Shown in pieces: positions 1 through 7,476 of a stretch of 13,296 bases of DNA (position 1 is the first letter of the stretch; the number at the start of each line of letters is the position of its first letter). The stretch is from positions 1 through 13,296 of the forward strand of contig JBFXGD010000095.1 in NCBI GenBank assembly GCA_050178385.1. Reading direction: 5' to 3'. The notes under the pieces were generated by a model. That model was not told where the DNA came from and searched no databases. It saw only the letters and a program-made list of their open reading frames with translations. The stretch is from Calditrichaceae bacterium (GTDB lineage Bacteria > Calditrichota > Calditrichia > Calditrichales > JBFXGD01). The translations under genes and the position numbers were made by a program.

Positions 1-1331
1 GTGGGCGTCGATATTGTCATGCTGGTCCAACCTTCTCCGCCAAAACCGAGACCCGCGAGACATGGCCCGTTTTTCACAAAAATGCTTGTATCGATTTCAT
101 TGGCCATTCTGTGCAGATTATCGATATTTTTTGAATGCATGGCTGCCGTGTGATGTAATCCGCGCTCAAGTTCTACAGCAAAGTCAATTGCCTGATCGGC
201 ATTTTTCGCTCTTATAACCGAGATCACCGGCATCATTAATTCGATCTGCGCAAAGGGATGATTTTTATCTGTTTCCGTAAACAGCAGACGAGTGTCTTCC
301 GGCACATCAAACCCGGCGGCCTTGGCGATTACCGCCGCGTCTTTGCCGACACATTTCCGGTTGATTTTCGGATTTGGCCCGGGATAATCTATAAGAATCG
401 CGCGTGCTACATCTTCTGCCTGGCTTTGCGACAATTCGTAAGCCTTATTTTTCTTCATTTCTTCTTTTAGCTGATCCGTTATTGAATCAACCGCAATAAT
501 CTCTTTTTCATCAGCGCATATAATATTGTTATCAAAAGACGCGCCGTAAACGATACATTTTGCAGCATTGGCAATATCAGCTGTTTCATCAACCACGACC
601 GGCGGATTTCCGGCGCCCGCGGCGATAAGCCGCTTATCTGTAGATTTTCTCGCCGCCTCTACCACTGCTTCACCGCCGGTGACTACAAGCAATCCGATTC
701 CCGGATATTTAAATAACTGCTGCGCAACTTCAATCGTTGGTTCAGCGACACAGGTCATTAAATCGACCGGCCCGCCGGCATTTACAACGGCCTCGTTCAA
801 TATAGTAATCGCCTTCTGACTGACTTTTTTTGCTGAGGGATGAGGCGCAAAAACAATCGAGTTTCCCGCGGATATCATACTGATAGAGTTATTGATTATT
901 GACGCTGCGGGATTTGTCGAAGGCGTAACTGAAGCGATAACGCCCCAGGCAGCATTTTCGGTCAATGTCAGGCCGTGATCACCAGACAACGCTTGAGGGC
1001 TGATGTCCTCAACACCGGGTGTTTTTTCAGCCTGAGATATATTCTTCTGTATCTTATCATCCACACGTCCCATTCCTGTTTCCTGAACCGCAAGTTCTGC
1101 TAACTCCTTAGCATGCGCTTTTCCGGCAACACGAAGGGCCTGGATAATCTTTGAACGTAATTCAAGATTACGAATCTTTTTTTGCGCTTTTGCCGCGCCC
1201 GATACCGCCTCATCCAATGTTTCAAATATTCCTGCGGGCAGGTGACTGCTTCTGGTATTGTTATTTTTACTATCCAGTTTCTGAATCACCGTCTCAACAA
1301 TACGGGCGACATCCTGCGAAGAGTATTCCAT
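1..1331 (-). CDS. eutE: CoA-acylating acetaldehyde dehydrogenase EutE (BMC-encapsulated), 3' end truncated by the window edge
   Basis: Not in the ORF track because there is no stop in the window. Manual translation from ATG 1331 (SD-like GTGAGGT upstream) gives MEYSSQDVARIVETVIQKL...ETGMGRVDDK...WGVIASVTPSTNP...FAPHPSAK...GAGNPPVVVDETAD...SFDNNIICADEK (catalytic Cys)...GEGWTSMTISTP, with start and end in the same frame. These match EutE/PduP motifs, and the N-terminus is an encapsulation-peptide-like amphipathic helix. Confidence 0.96.
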   Translation of the reverse strand, partial: MEYSSQDVARIVETVIQKLDSKNNNTRSSHLPAGIFETLDEAVSGAAKAQKKIRNLELRSKIIQALRVAGKAHAKELAELAVQETGMGRVDDKIQKNISQAEKTPGVEDISPQALSGDHGLTLTENAAWGVIASVTPSTNPAASIINNSISMISAGNSIVFAPHPSAKKVSQKAITILNEAVVNAGGPVDLMTCVAEPTIEVAQQLFKYPGIGLLVVTGGEAVVEAARKSTDKRLIAAGAGNPPVVVDETADIANAAKCIVYGASFDNNIICADEKEIIAVDSITDQLKEEMKKNKAYELSQSQAEDVARAILIDYPGPNPKINRKCVGKDAAVIAKAAGFDVPEDTRLLFTETDKNHPFAQIELMMPVISVIRAKNADQAIDFAVELERGLHHTAAMHSKNIDNLHRMANEIDTSIFVKNGPCLAGLGFGGEGWTSMTISTP

Positions 1332-1346
1332 TTTCTATAAACCTCA

Positions 1347-1646
1347 CTATTGCTTGTCTGATTTCTTGTCATAGATATACTTACCGGCAGAAACAACCGT
1401 ATCCACTATTCCGACAACAGTCAGATCTACAGATGAACGGTTGTCAAGAGCGACCCTCGCGGAACTTCCGCGAACAAGAATCACATACTCGTTTTCCCCG
1501 GCTCCGATAGTATCAAGCGCGACAGAAGGAGGTCCCTCTGCTTTTCCATTTTCTCCGACAAACTGCACCAGCAGCAACTTACCTATCGTCAAACTTTCTA
1601 TCTTAACCGTGGAAACGACGTTTCCGATAACTTTTGCTAATTCCAT
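1347..1646 (-). CDS. eutN: BMC vertex pentamer (BMC-P) EutN/CcmL family
   Basis: MELAKVIGNVVSTVK...KLLLVQ...VALDTIGAGENEYVILVRGSSAR...VVGIVD is the typical EutN/CcmL signature; lies between eutM and eutE as in canonical eut operons. Confidence 0.96.
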   Translation of the reverse strand: MELAKVIGNVVSTVKIESLTIGKLLLVQFVGENGKAEGPPSVALDTIGAGENEYVILVRGSSARVALDNRSSVDLTVVGIVDTVVSAGKYIYDKKSDKQ

Positions 1647-1747
1647 GATATATTCTTTTTATTTATGAATAATAGACCCATCCGAAAGCAGGAACACTAT
1701 CCGGTTTACTACGATTGAGATTAATGACCTTTTCGCGAATTGAGCCA

Positions 1748-1790
1748 TCCGCTTTCACTCATTTCAACCTGCAACATTAAAGAAAGCGGA
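1748..1790 (-). other. Intergenic RNA stem-loop downstream of the eutM cluster (no U-tract; probable mRNA-stabilising or processing hairpin)
   Basis: Perfect 9-bp inverted repeat TCCGCTTTC (1748-1756) / GAAAGCGGA (1782-1790), starting 5 nt after the stop of the third eutM; extendable by G-U pairs on the minus strand. Confidence 0.6.
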
Positions 1791-1795
1791 ATCGG

Positions 1796-2086
1796 TTATT
1801 TACCGGATTTCTTTTTCAGCTTAATCGGAAAAACATCTTCCAAATCACCTGCAGGACGCGGTATTACGTGCACTGAAACCAATTCACCTACGCGCTCCGC
1901 GGCTGCCGCGCCGGCATCTGTTGCCGCTTTACACGCCGCGACATCGCCGCGAACCATCGCGGTCACATATCCGGCGCCTATCTGCTGATATGCCACAAGT
2001 TCCACTCTCGCGGCTTTCACCATCGCATCCGAGGCTTCAATCAAACCGACAAGCCCCTTTGTCTCAATTAATCCTAATGCTTCCAT
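1796..2086 (-). CDS. eutM: BMC hexameric shell protein (BMC-H), EutM-like paralog 3
   Basis: [28 protein letters not shown]...[19 protein letters not shown]...VHVIPRP closely matches EutM; strong SD TAAGGAGA; basic tail KLKKKSGK. Confidence 0.95.
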   Translation of the reverse strand: MEALGLIETKGLVGLIEASDAMVKAARVELVAYQQIGAGYVTAMVRGDVAACKAATDAGAAAAERVGELVSVHVIPRPAGDLEDVFPIKLKKKSGK

Positions 2087-2104
2087 TTCTTCTCCTTACG
2101 AACG

Positions 2105-2121
2105 ATCCTGATATTCAGGAT
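2105..2121. other. Small hairpin between eutM paralogs 2 and 3
   Basis: ATCCTGA-TAT-TCAGGAT perfect 7-bp inverted repeat, a few nt upstream of the eutM3 SD on the minus strand. Confidence 0.4.
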
Positions 2122-2137
2122 ATTGTTTCGATAATAT

Positions 2138-2425
2138 TTATTTAATTTCACCGGTCAGTTTAATCGGAAATATATCTTCTAGATCACTATGGGGACGAGG
2201 AATGACATGTACTGCAACCAATTCACCCACGCGCTCTGCCGCAGCGGCGCCGGCATCTGTTGCCGCCTTACACGCCGCCACATCTCCGCGGACTAATGCT
2301 GTTACATATCCCGCGCCTATCTGTTGATAAGCTACGAGCTTTACTCTTGCCGCTTTTACCATGGCATCTGAAGCCTCGATTAATCCAACCAGGCCTTTTG
2401 TCTCAACCATACCCAATGCTTCCAT
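2138..2425 (-). CDS. eutM: BMC hexameric shell protein (BMC-H), EutM-like paralog 2
   Basis: [31 protein letters not shown]...IPRPHSDLE; strong SD TAAGGAGA. Confidence 0.95.
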   Translation of the reverse strand: MEALGMVETKGLVGLIEASDAMVKAARVKLVAYQQIGAGYVTALVRGDVAACKAATDAGAAAAERVGELVAVHVIPRPHSDLEDIFPIKLTGEIK

Positions 2426-2466
2426 TTTGTTCTCCTTAAAAATAAATGTGTTTCTGATATTTCAAT

Positions 2467-2754
2467 TTATATGATTTCACCGTTCATCTTAATCGGAAAA
2501 ATATCTTCGAGATCACCATGGGGACGGGGAATGACATGAACCGCGATAAGTTCACCAATTCGCTCCGCAGCGGCGGCCCCGGCATCCGTTGCGGCTTTAC
2601 ACGCGGCAACATCACCACGGACAAGAGCGGTAACCAATCCGCCGCCTATCTGCTGGTACCCGACTAATTTTACCCTGGCTGCTTTGACCATGGCATCCGA
2701 TGCCTCAATCAATCCAACCAAGCCCCTGGTTTCTATCATGCCTAAAGCTTCCAT
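2467..2754 (-). CDS. eutM: BMC hexameric shell protein (BMC-H) EutM, paralog 1 (closest to canonical EutM)
   Basis: [76 protein letters not shown]; directly follows eutD. Confidence 0.96.
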   Translation of the reverse strand: MEALGMIETRGLVGLIEASDAMVKAARVKLVGYQQIGGGLVTALVRGDVAACKAATDAGAAAAERIGELIAVHVIPRPHGDLEDIFPIKMNGEII

Positions 2755-2791
2755 AAAATTCTCCTAATCGATACCTAAAAATTGATACTTC

Positions 2792-3766
2792 TCACATACT
2801 TGATGCTGTTACTGAAACATCTATAATATCCTGAACACTGCATCCTCTTGATAAATCATGCATCTGATGTTTTAGACCCTGAATCATGGGCCCCAATGCC
2901 TTGAATCCGCCAAGTCGCTGTGCAATTTTATAACCGATATTTCCGGCTTCCAGCGATGGAAAAATAAACACATTCGCTCCGGCTTCCAGAGGGCTCCCCG
3001 GCGCTTTGATTTTTGCCACCGCCGGAATCAAAGCGGCATCGAATTGCATCTCACCGTCGATTATGAAATCAGGTTTTAATCTCTTCGCGATTTCCACAGC
3101 GGCCTGAATTTCTTCAACAGCCGGATGAGTCGCGCTCCCCTTTGTTGAGAATGACAGCATTGCGGTTTTTGGAGAGATCCCGGTCAGATTTAAATAGTTC
3201 CCGGCAGTGGTGACCGCGATTTCCGCCAGTTGTTCCGATGTCGGTTCAGGAATGACCGCGCAGTCCGCGAATGCGTAAACCTGCTGCCCGTCAGGGTGAA
3301 TCATCAGAAAAAAACTGGACACTGTTTTGATGCCTTCCGCCACACCGATAATCTGAATCGCGGCCCGAAGAACATCAGCCGTCGTTGACTGATTGCCTCC
3401 AACGCAAATATCAGAACGGCCATCACGCACATACATTGCTGAAAAATAGAGAGGATTTCTCATGACTTCTTCCGCGTCGTATCTGGTCACTCCCTTCTCT
3501 TTTCTCAGCTCATAATATTTTTCTGTATATTCCTTATATTTTTCATCCTGATGAGGCGCTATTATTTTCATTCCCCGGGTTGACACTCCTGCCTTGTCCG
3601 CTTCTTCTCTGATGCCAAACGGACTTCCAACGAGTACCGGATCAGCCAATTTTTCATCGATAAGTTGTCTTACCGCTTCAATTACCCGGATATCCGATGC
3701 ATCCGGGAAGATAATGGTTTTTGGTTTTAGACGGCATTTTGCCGCAAAATTATCAAGAATGGCCAT
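2792..3766 (-). CDS. eutD: Phosphate acetyltransferase (phosphotransacetylase) EutD
   Basis: PTA_PTB family motifs: IIFPDASDIRV, VSSFFLM, FADCAVIPEP, AMLSFSTKGS, DGEMQFDAA, FPSLEAGNIGYKIAQRLG, GPMIQGL..DLSRGC; position between eutT and eutM. Confidence 0.95.
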   Translation of the reverse strand: MAILDNFAAKCRLKPKTIIFPDASDIRVIEAVRQLIDEKLADPVLVGSPFGIREEADKAGVSTRGMKIIAPHQDEKYKEYTEKYYELRKEKGVTRYDAEEVMRNPLYFSAMYVRDGRSDICVGGNQSTTADVLRAAIQIIGVAEGIKTVSSFFLMIHPDGQQVYAFADCAVIPEPTSEQLAEIAVTTAGNYLNLTGISPKTAMLSFSTKGSATHPAVEEIQAAVEIAKRLKPDFIIDGEMQFDAALIPAVAKIKAPGSPLEAGANVFIFPSLEAGNIGYKIAQRLGGFKALGPMIQGLKHQMHDLSRGCSVQDIIDVSVTASSM

Positions 3767-3768
3767 CG

Positions 3769-4590
3769 TTAACGCGCCTCCGGTTTCTCGGCAACTTTGC
3801 CCTTTTCAGCCATTAGGGTCATCATCATTATTACATAGATCGCGCTGCTTGACCTGTTTAAGCCTTTCATTAAATCCTGTCTTGAAACACGAAATAATTC
3901 ATCAATAAATAAATCAGCGGCGATGACTTCTGCTTCCCGTACCAGCGCGCGCAGATAATTCAGATGCGCCACACGGAGGCCATGATCTTTGCATGGGACG
4001 ATATGGTCATGCCCGAGATATTTTAAAGGATTATGTGAAATCGCATGAATAACTTCTTCATCCATATCTCCGATAGAAACCGGAGGCAATTCTTCACCTG
4101 TGACTTCTGCTTTCAGAATATTGCCCAGATAAGAACGGATGTCAGCGAGATATTTGTTCAGCACCGGGTATTTATCATCGGGATCAAATTCACTTTGCAA
4201 CAGAACCGTGTAGGCAATAATAGTATCCAGTTTACCCCTTAACTTCAGCCGTGAGTTGTTTTTAGGTACAAGTGTGTTTTTATCCAGGTGCGTCATCGTA
4301 TCAGGTTTATTTTCAATATGCTGGCCGCATAACGAACATTCGTTGTCCGGACGTTTCGTCCCGCCGGTCAATGGATGTACAGGCTGCTCCGAAGACACAT
4401 TCCCGTCATTTTTTGCCGGAAGATAAACCCGCCCCTCATCATCAACAAACTTTACTTTTATCTTTCTTTCCTGCAACAACTCATGCGCAGACGGTGTGAG
4501 TTTTGCTTCCCTGGGAAGATTTAGTTCCGTTCCGTGCCCCAGGCTGTAATTATCTCGCAGCCACAGTTCTGTAATAAATTTTTGACTCAT
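3769..4590 (-). CDS. eutT: ATP:cob(I)alamin adenosyltransferase EutT
   Basis: FITELWLRDN, LTPSAHELL, H-x12-C-x2-C, KPDTMTHL, LRGKLD, LNYLRALVREAE, LNRSSSAIY match EutT. Start moved from 4620 to ATG 4590 (MSQKFITE), which removes the overlap with eutQ and matches the recalled EutT N-terminus. Confidence 0.92.
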   Translation of the reverse strand: MSQKFITELWLRDNYSLGHGTELNLPREAKLTPSAHELLQERKIKVKFVDDEGRVYLPAKNDGNVSSEQPVHPLTGGTKRPDNECSLCGQHIENKPDTMTHLDKNTLVPKNNSRLKLRGKLDTIIAYTVLLQSEFDPDDKYPVLNKYLADIRSYLGNILKAEVTGEELPPVSIGDMDEEVIHAISHNPLKYLGHDHIVPCKDHGLRVAHLNYLRALVREAEVIAADLFIDELFRVSRQDLMKGLNRSSSAIYVIMMMTLMAEKGKVAEKPEAR

Positions 4591-4595
4591 AATTA

Positions 4596-5321
4596 TCAAC
4601 CTTTTGCCAATTGTGCCCAATTTGCCGGATATGTTGAATAAAATACCTTTGTTCTCGTCGGCGTCCCGAAGATTATGCTGCTGCCCTTAGGTATGTAGAA
4701 CATGTCTCCGGCATGTCCTTCAAAGGTCTTGCCATCGATCGTTATTGATAGAATACCTTCCAGAACGATATCAACTTCATCGTAAGTAAGCGTCCACGGG
4801 AAAGATTCCTTTTTCCATTCCATAATACCCGCGGCTATGGGAGAACCATCTTCATGAGTTACCACATCAGCCAATCTGATATTTTTATCGGGTCCCGCCT
4901 CTTCGAATCGTTCAAGCTTAACAGACTGCCCCTTGATCAAAATAATGCCGGAAGAATCAACTTTTCGCTCGCTGCCTTGCCGAATTACAGGAGCCTTACT
5001 ATATTTTTCGTTCTTCAGCACGGCCATAACAATTTCTTTAATTTTTACCGGATCTCTTTGATTCGCAGGCAACTTCTTTATAACTTCGAGCGTCACCTGC
5101 CTTACAAGATTTTCATCAATATTCACCGGAGTAGAAAGACTTTTGGATTCCTTAACAGCCGGCATTGATGAATTCACTTTTTCTGAAATCTTTATTCCGA
5201 ACTTTTTTGCAAGGTCTTTCGCTTCAGGGGTTATAATCGAATTGTCTTTTGACGCGACGATTTCCTTAATCCCTTCGGTCTTTGCCTGTCTGATTTTTGA
5301 TGCGGTGATCAATTTTTTCAT
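4596..5321 (-). CDS. eutQ: EutQ, cupin-fold ethanolamine utilization protein (reported acetate kinase activity)
   Basis: N-terminus MKKLITA...SIITPEAKD and C-terminal cupin FPWTLTYDEVDIVLEG..GDMFYIPKGSSI.FGTP..YPANW. Start ATG 5321 preferred over GTG 5333 on homology. Confidence 0.94.
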   Translation of the reverse strand: MKKLITASKIRQAKTEGIKEIVASKDNSIITPEAKDLAKKFGIKISEKVNSSMPAVKESKSLSTPVNIDENLVRQVTLEVIKKLPANQRDPVKIKEIVMAVLKNEKYSKAPVIRQGSERKVDSSGIILIKGQSVKLERFEEAGPDKNIRLADVVTHEDGSPIAAGIMEWKKESFPWTLTYDEVDIVLEGILSITIDGKTFEGHAGDMFYIPKGSSIIFGTPTRTKVFYSTYPANWAQLAKG

Positions 5322-5334
5322 CTCTAAACCCACT

Positions 5335-5793
5335 CTAGTTTATATGATTTCTCTCTATGAGGTATTTTCTAAGTTTATCTATCGTTTTGCTCTCCAGCGC
5401 TGAAACTTCAAATATATTTTCTATGATACCATACTCTTTCAGCAATTCCCGGACTTCTTCCACCCGGGCGTCAGGCAGATCAATTTTTGAAATGACACCA
5501 ATGACCCGGTTATTATAAATTGTGAACAGGCCCGGAGGCATTTTATGCTCGACCACATTACTTTGATGCACATATAAAATGGTATCGATCGCGGTCATGG
5601 TTGAGATCAATGCCGTGTATAATCTGGGATTATCAAGATATTCTCCCGGCGTATCGATAGTACGTTCATCATGATAAACCATCGCCTGCGTTTTAATCAC
5701 TTCTTCATCCCGGTTTAGCAGAGCATTAAACAGGGTTGATTTGCCAACACCTGTTGTTCCTATCAGCATAAAATTATCTGGTTTCTTCTTCAT
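5335..5793 (-). CDS. eutP: EutP/PduV-family small P-loop GTPase-like protein
   Basis: Walker A GTTGVGKSTL, KTQAM, IDTPGEY, SKIDL, FEVSA motifs; start overlaps the eutS stop (TGATG). Confidence 0.94.
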   Translation of the reverse strand: MKKKPDNFMLIGTTGVGKSTLFNALLNRDEEVIKTQAMVYHDERTIDTPGEYLDNPRLYTALISTMTAIDTILYVHQSNVVEHKMPPGLFTIYNNRVIGVISKIDLPDARVEEVRELLKEYGIIENIFEVSALESKTIDKLRKYLIERNHIN

Positions 5794-6149
5794 CAGGTTT
5801 TTGTAACCTCACATGGTGTATATCCCAAAATACTGCTTAGGACCTGATTTACTGAAATCAACGATTCTTCAACCGCCCCGACTTCTCCGTAGAAGACCAG
5901 GGCGCCGGTAAACCGGTCCAGAAAACCTATGTCCACGCTGGCCGCTTTAAGAGCTATATCTCCGGCGATAATCGCTGTCTCACCTGGTGTGAGCGTCATT
6001 ATTCCGATCGCGTTCACATAAGGAACTCCAATTTTTTTGCAGAGATCTTCACCCGGATGAGCAATCATGTGAGCAAGAGTGACCTGCTTCCCCGGGACAT
6101 ATTCCTGAATGATACGTTCTTTCCCGGATAAATCGTTAATGTCTTTCAT
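5793..6149 (-). CDS. eutS: Circularly permuted BMC-H shell protein EutS/PduU
   Basis: [22 protein letters not shown]...[38 protein letters not shown] is the EutS signature. Confidence 0.96.
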   Translation of the reverse strand: MKDINDLSGKERIIQEYVPGKQVTLAHMIAHPGEDLCKKIGVPYVNAIGIMTLTPGETAIIAGDIALKAASVDIGFLDRFTGALVFYGEVGAVEESLISVNQVLSSILGYTPCEVTKT

Positions 6150-6912
6150 CTTCCCTCACGCGTTTAATGATTTCTTTCGACAGCAATTCATAGTCCCTGC
6201 TTCCGCTCGCGCGTTTGTCAAAATAGGAAACAGGCATTTTTTGATTGTACGCTTCACTGAGTTTACTGTTGATCCCGATAACCGATTTAAAAACCTGCTC
6301 ACCGAAACGGCTCCTGAGTTGTTCCATTACCTGGACCGAAACTTTTGTTCTCTTGTCAAAATGTGTTCCAAACAGACCAAGTATCTTAATTTCAGGATTA
6401 ATTCTCCGTCTTACTTTTTCAAGCAAACTCAATGTTAGTTCCAACCCCGAAAGCGCTATATATTGAGCTTGCACCGGTATAAGGGCATAGTCTGAAACCG
6501 CGAGCGCGTTGAGTGACAAAGAACCCATATTGGGCGGACAATCAAAAATCACATATTCAAATTCAGCGGGGATATCCTCTTTTTTTATGAAGAATGATAT
6601 TTTTTCATCCTGCTGTAATTCATCATAAAAATCACTTAAAGACGGTTCGGAAGGCAGACACCATAAATTTTTAAATTCCGTTTTTTGAATATAATCTTTT
6701 ATGTTATCTTCCTTGTTTATCAGATAATCACAGATCGTATTAAATTCCATGTCTTGTTTAATAAGACCAAGGTGACTCGACGCGCTCGAAGAAGGATCAA
6801 TATCAGCCAGCAGGGTTTTTTTACCCATTTGACCAAACCAGGAGGCGATATTCACCGCGCTCGTGGTTTTACCCACCCCGCCTTTATTATTGATAATGAT
6901 GATCAGCTTCAT
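6136..6912 (-). CDS. ParA/Soj-family ATPase (orphan; candidate BMC-positioning McdA-like protein)
   Basis: Deviant Walker [11 protein letters not shown] with signature Lys, A' motif LADIDP, Walker [27 protein letters not shown] and NSKLSEA segments; Soj-like length (258 aa). Starts 1 nt after the eutK stop and overlaps the eutS start by 14 nt. Confidence 0.93.
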   Translation of the reverse strand: MKLIIIINNKGGVGKTTSAVNIASWFGQMGKKTLLADIDPSSSASSHLGLIKQDMEFNTICDYLINKEDNIKDYIQKTEFKNLWCLPSEPSLSDFYDELQQDEKISFFIKKEDIPAEFEYVIFDCPPNMGSLSLNALAVSDYALIPVQAQYIALSGLELTLSLLEKVRRRINPEIKILGLFGTHFDKRTKVSVQVMEQLRSRFGEQVFKSVIGINSKLSEAYNQKMPVSYFDKRASGSRDYELLSKEIIKRVREDERH

Positions 6913-6913
6913 T

Positions 6914-7474
6914 TTAATTTTCCATCAGGTAGTATTTCTGATGAACCTTCTCAATCAATTTTGAATCAACTAATTTTTTGATAACCTTACGGACTTCCGT
7001 TAAAATTACTCCAAGCTTGTCTGATATCTCCTGCAGAGTAAGACCTGTTTGATCGGATCTAAGCAAAGCCAATATTTTTTGAGAATTGTCGGGTTTCTTT
7101 CCCGATACCGGCATCTTTTTGGCTTGCTTCTCTTTTATTGGATTCCGGGTCTTGTTACTATTGGTAATTTCCTGTTGCCTTTTCCCCCGAAAATTACCCG
7201 TCAATAGCTGCTTTACTAAAAATTCAGTATCATCCACAGGTCGGGCGATCACGTGGTGCGACACAACTTTACCAATACATTGCGCCGCGCTTTTACCGGC
7301 ATCAACTGCCGCCTGACATGCAGCCAAATCTCCCTCGACAATGACTGTAATCAACGCGCCACCGCTTTTTTTAACCTTGATTATATGTACCTTAGCGGCC
7401 TTAACCATGGCATCAGCGGCTTCTATCGCTGCTGTCAATCCCCTTGTCTCGATAAATCCATATGAGTTCAACAT
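6914..7474 (-). CDS. eutK: EutK: BMC-H shell domain fused to a C-terminal winged helix-turn-helix domain
   Basis: aa 1-90 BMC domain (GFIETRGLTAAIEAADAMVKAA..VEGDLAACQAAVDAG..IARPVDDTEFL); aa ~131-186 ILALLRSDQTGLTLQEISDKLG..EVRKVIKKL..KYYL resembles the EutK C-terminal HTH; follows eutL as in enterics. Confidence 0.9.
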   Translation of the reverse strand: MLNSYGFIETRGLTAAIEAADAMVKAAKVHIIKVKKSGGALITVIVEGDLAACQAAVDAGKSAAQCIGKVVSHHVIARPVDDTEFLVKQLLTGNFRGKRQQEITNSNKTRNPIKEKQAKKMPVSGKKPDNSQKILALLRSDQTGLTLQEISDKLGVILTEVRKVIKKLVDSKLIEKVHQKYYLMEN

Positions 7475-7476
7475 TC

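Noticed and set aside
1659..1748. 29-aa minus-strand mini-ORF MAQFAKRSLISIVVNRIVFLLSDGSIIHK ending 12 nt before eutN
   Set aside because: No clear SD, the start region is buried in the hairpin, and the length is expected by chance; would need ribosome profiling or conservation.
1796..2754. Tandem repeat, CRISPR-like array or assembly duplication
   Set aside because: The repeats are protein-coding paralogs with synonymous divergence and distinct spacers; no CRISPR, IS, tRNA or rRNA signature was seen anywhere in the window.
6136..6912. ParA as a chromosome/plasmid partition gene, MinD, or cobyrinate diamide synthase CbiA
   Set aside because: No parB or replicon genes adjacent; no MinD membrane-targeting helix or minCE; too short and lacks the glutaminase domain of CbiA/CobQ, although a CbiA-domain HMM hit could mislead in a B12-dependent locus.
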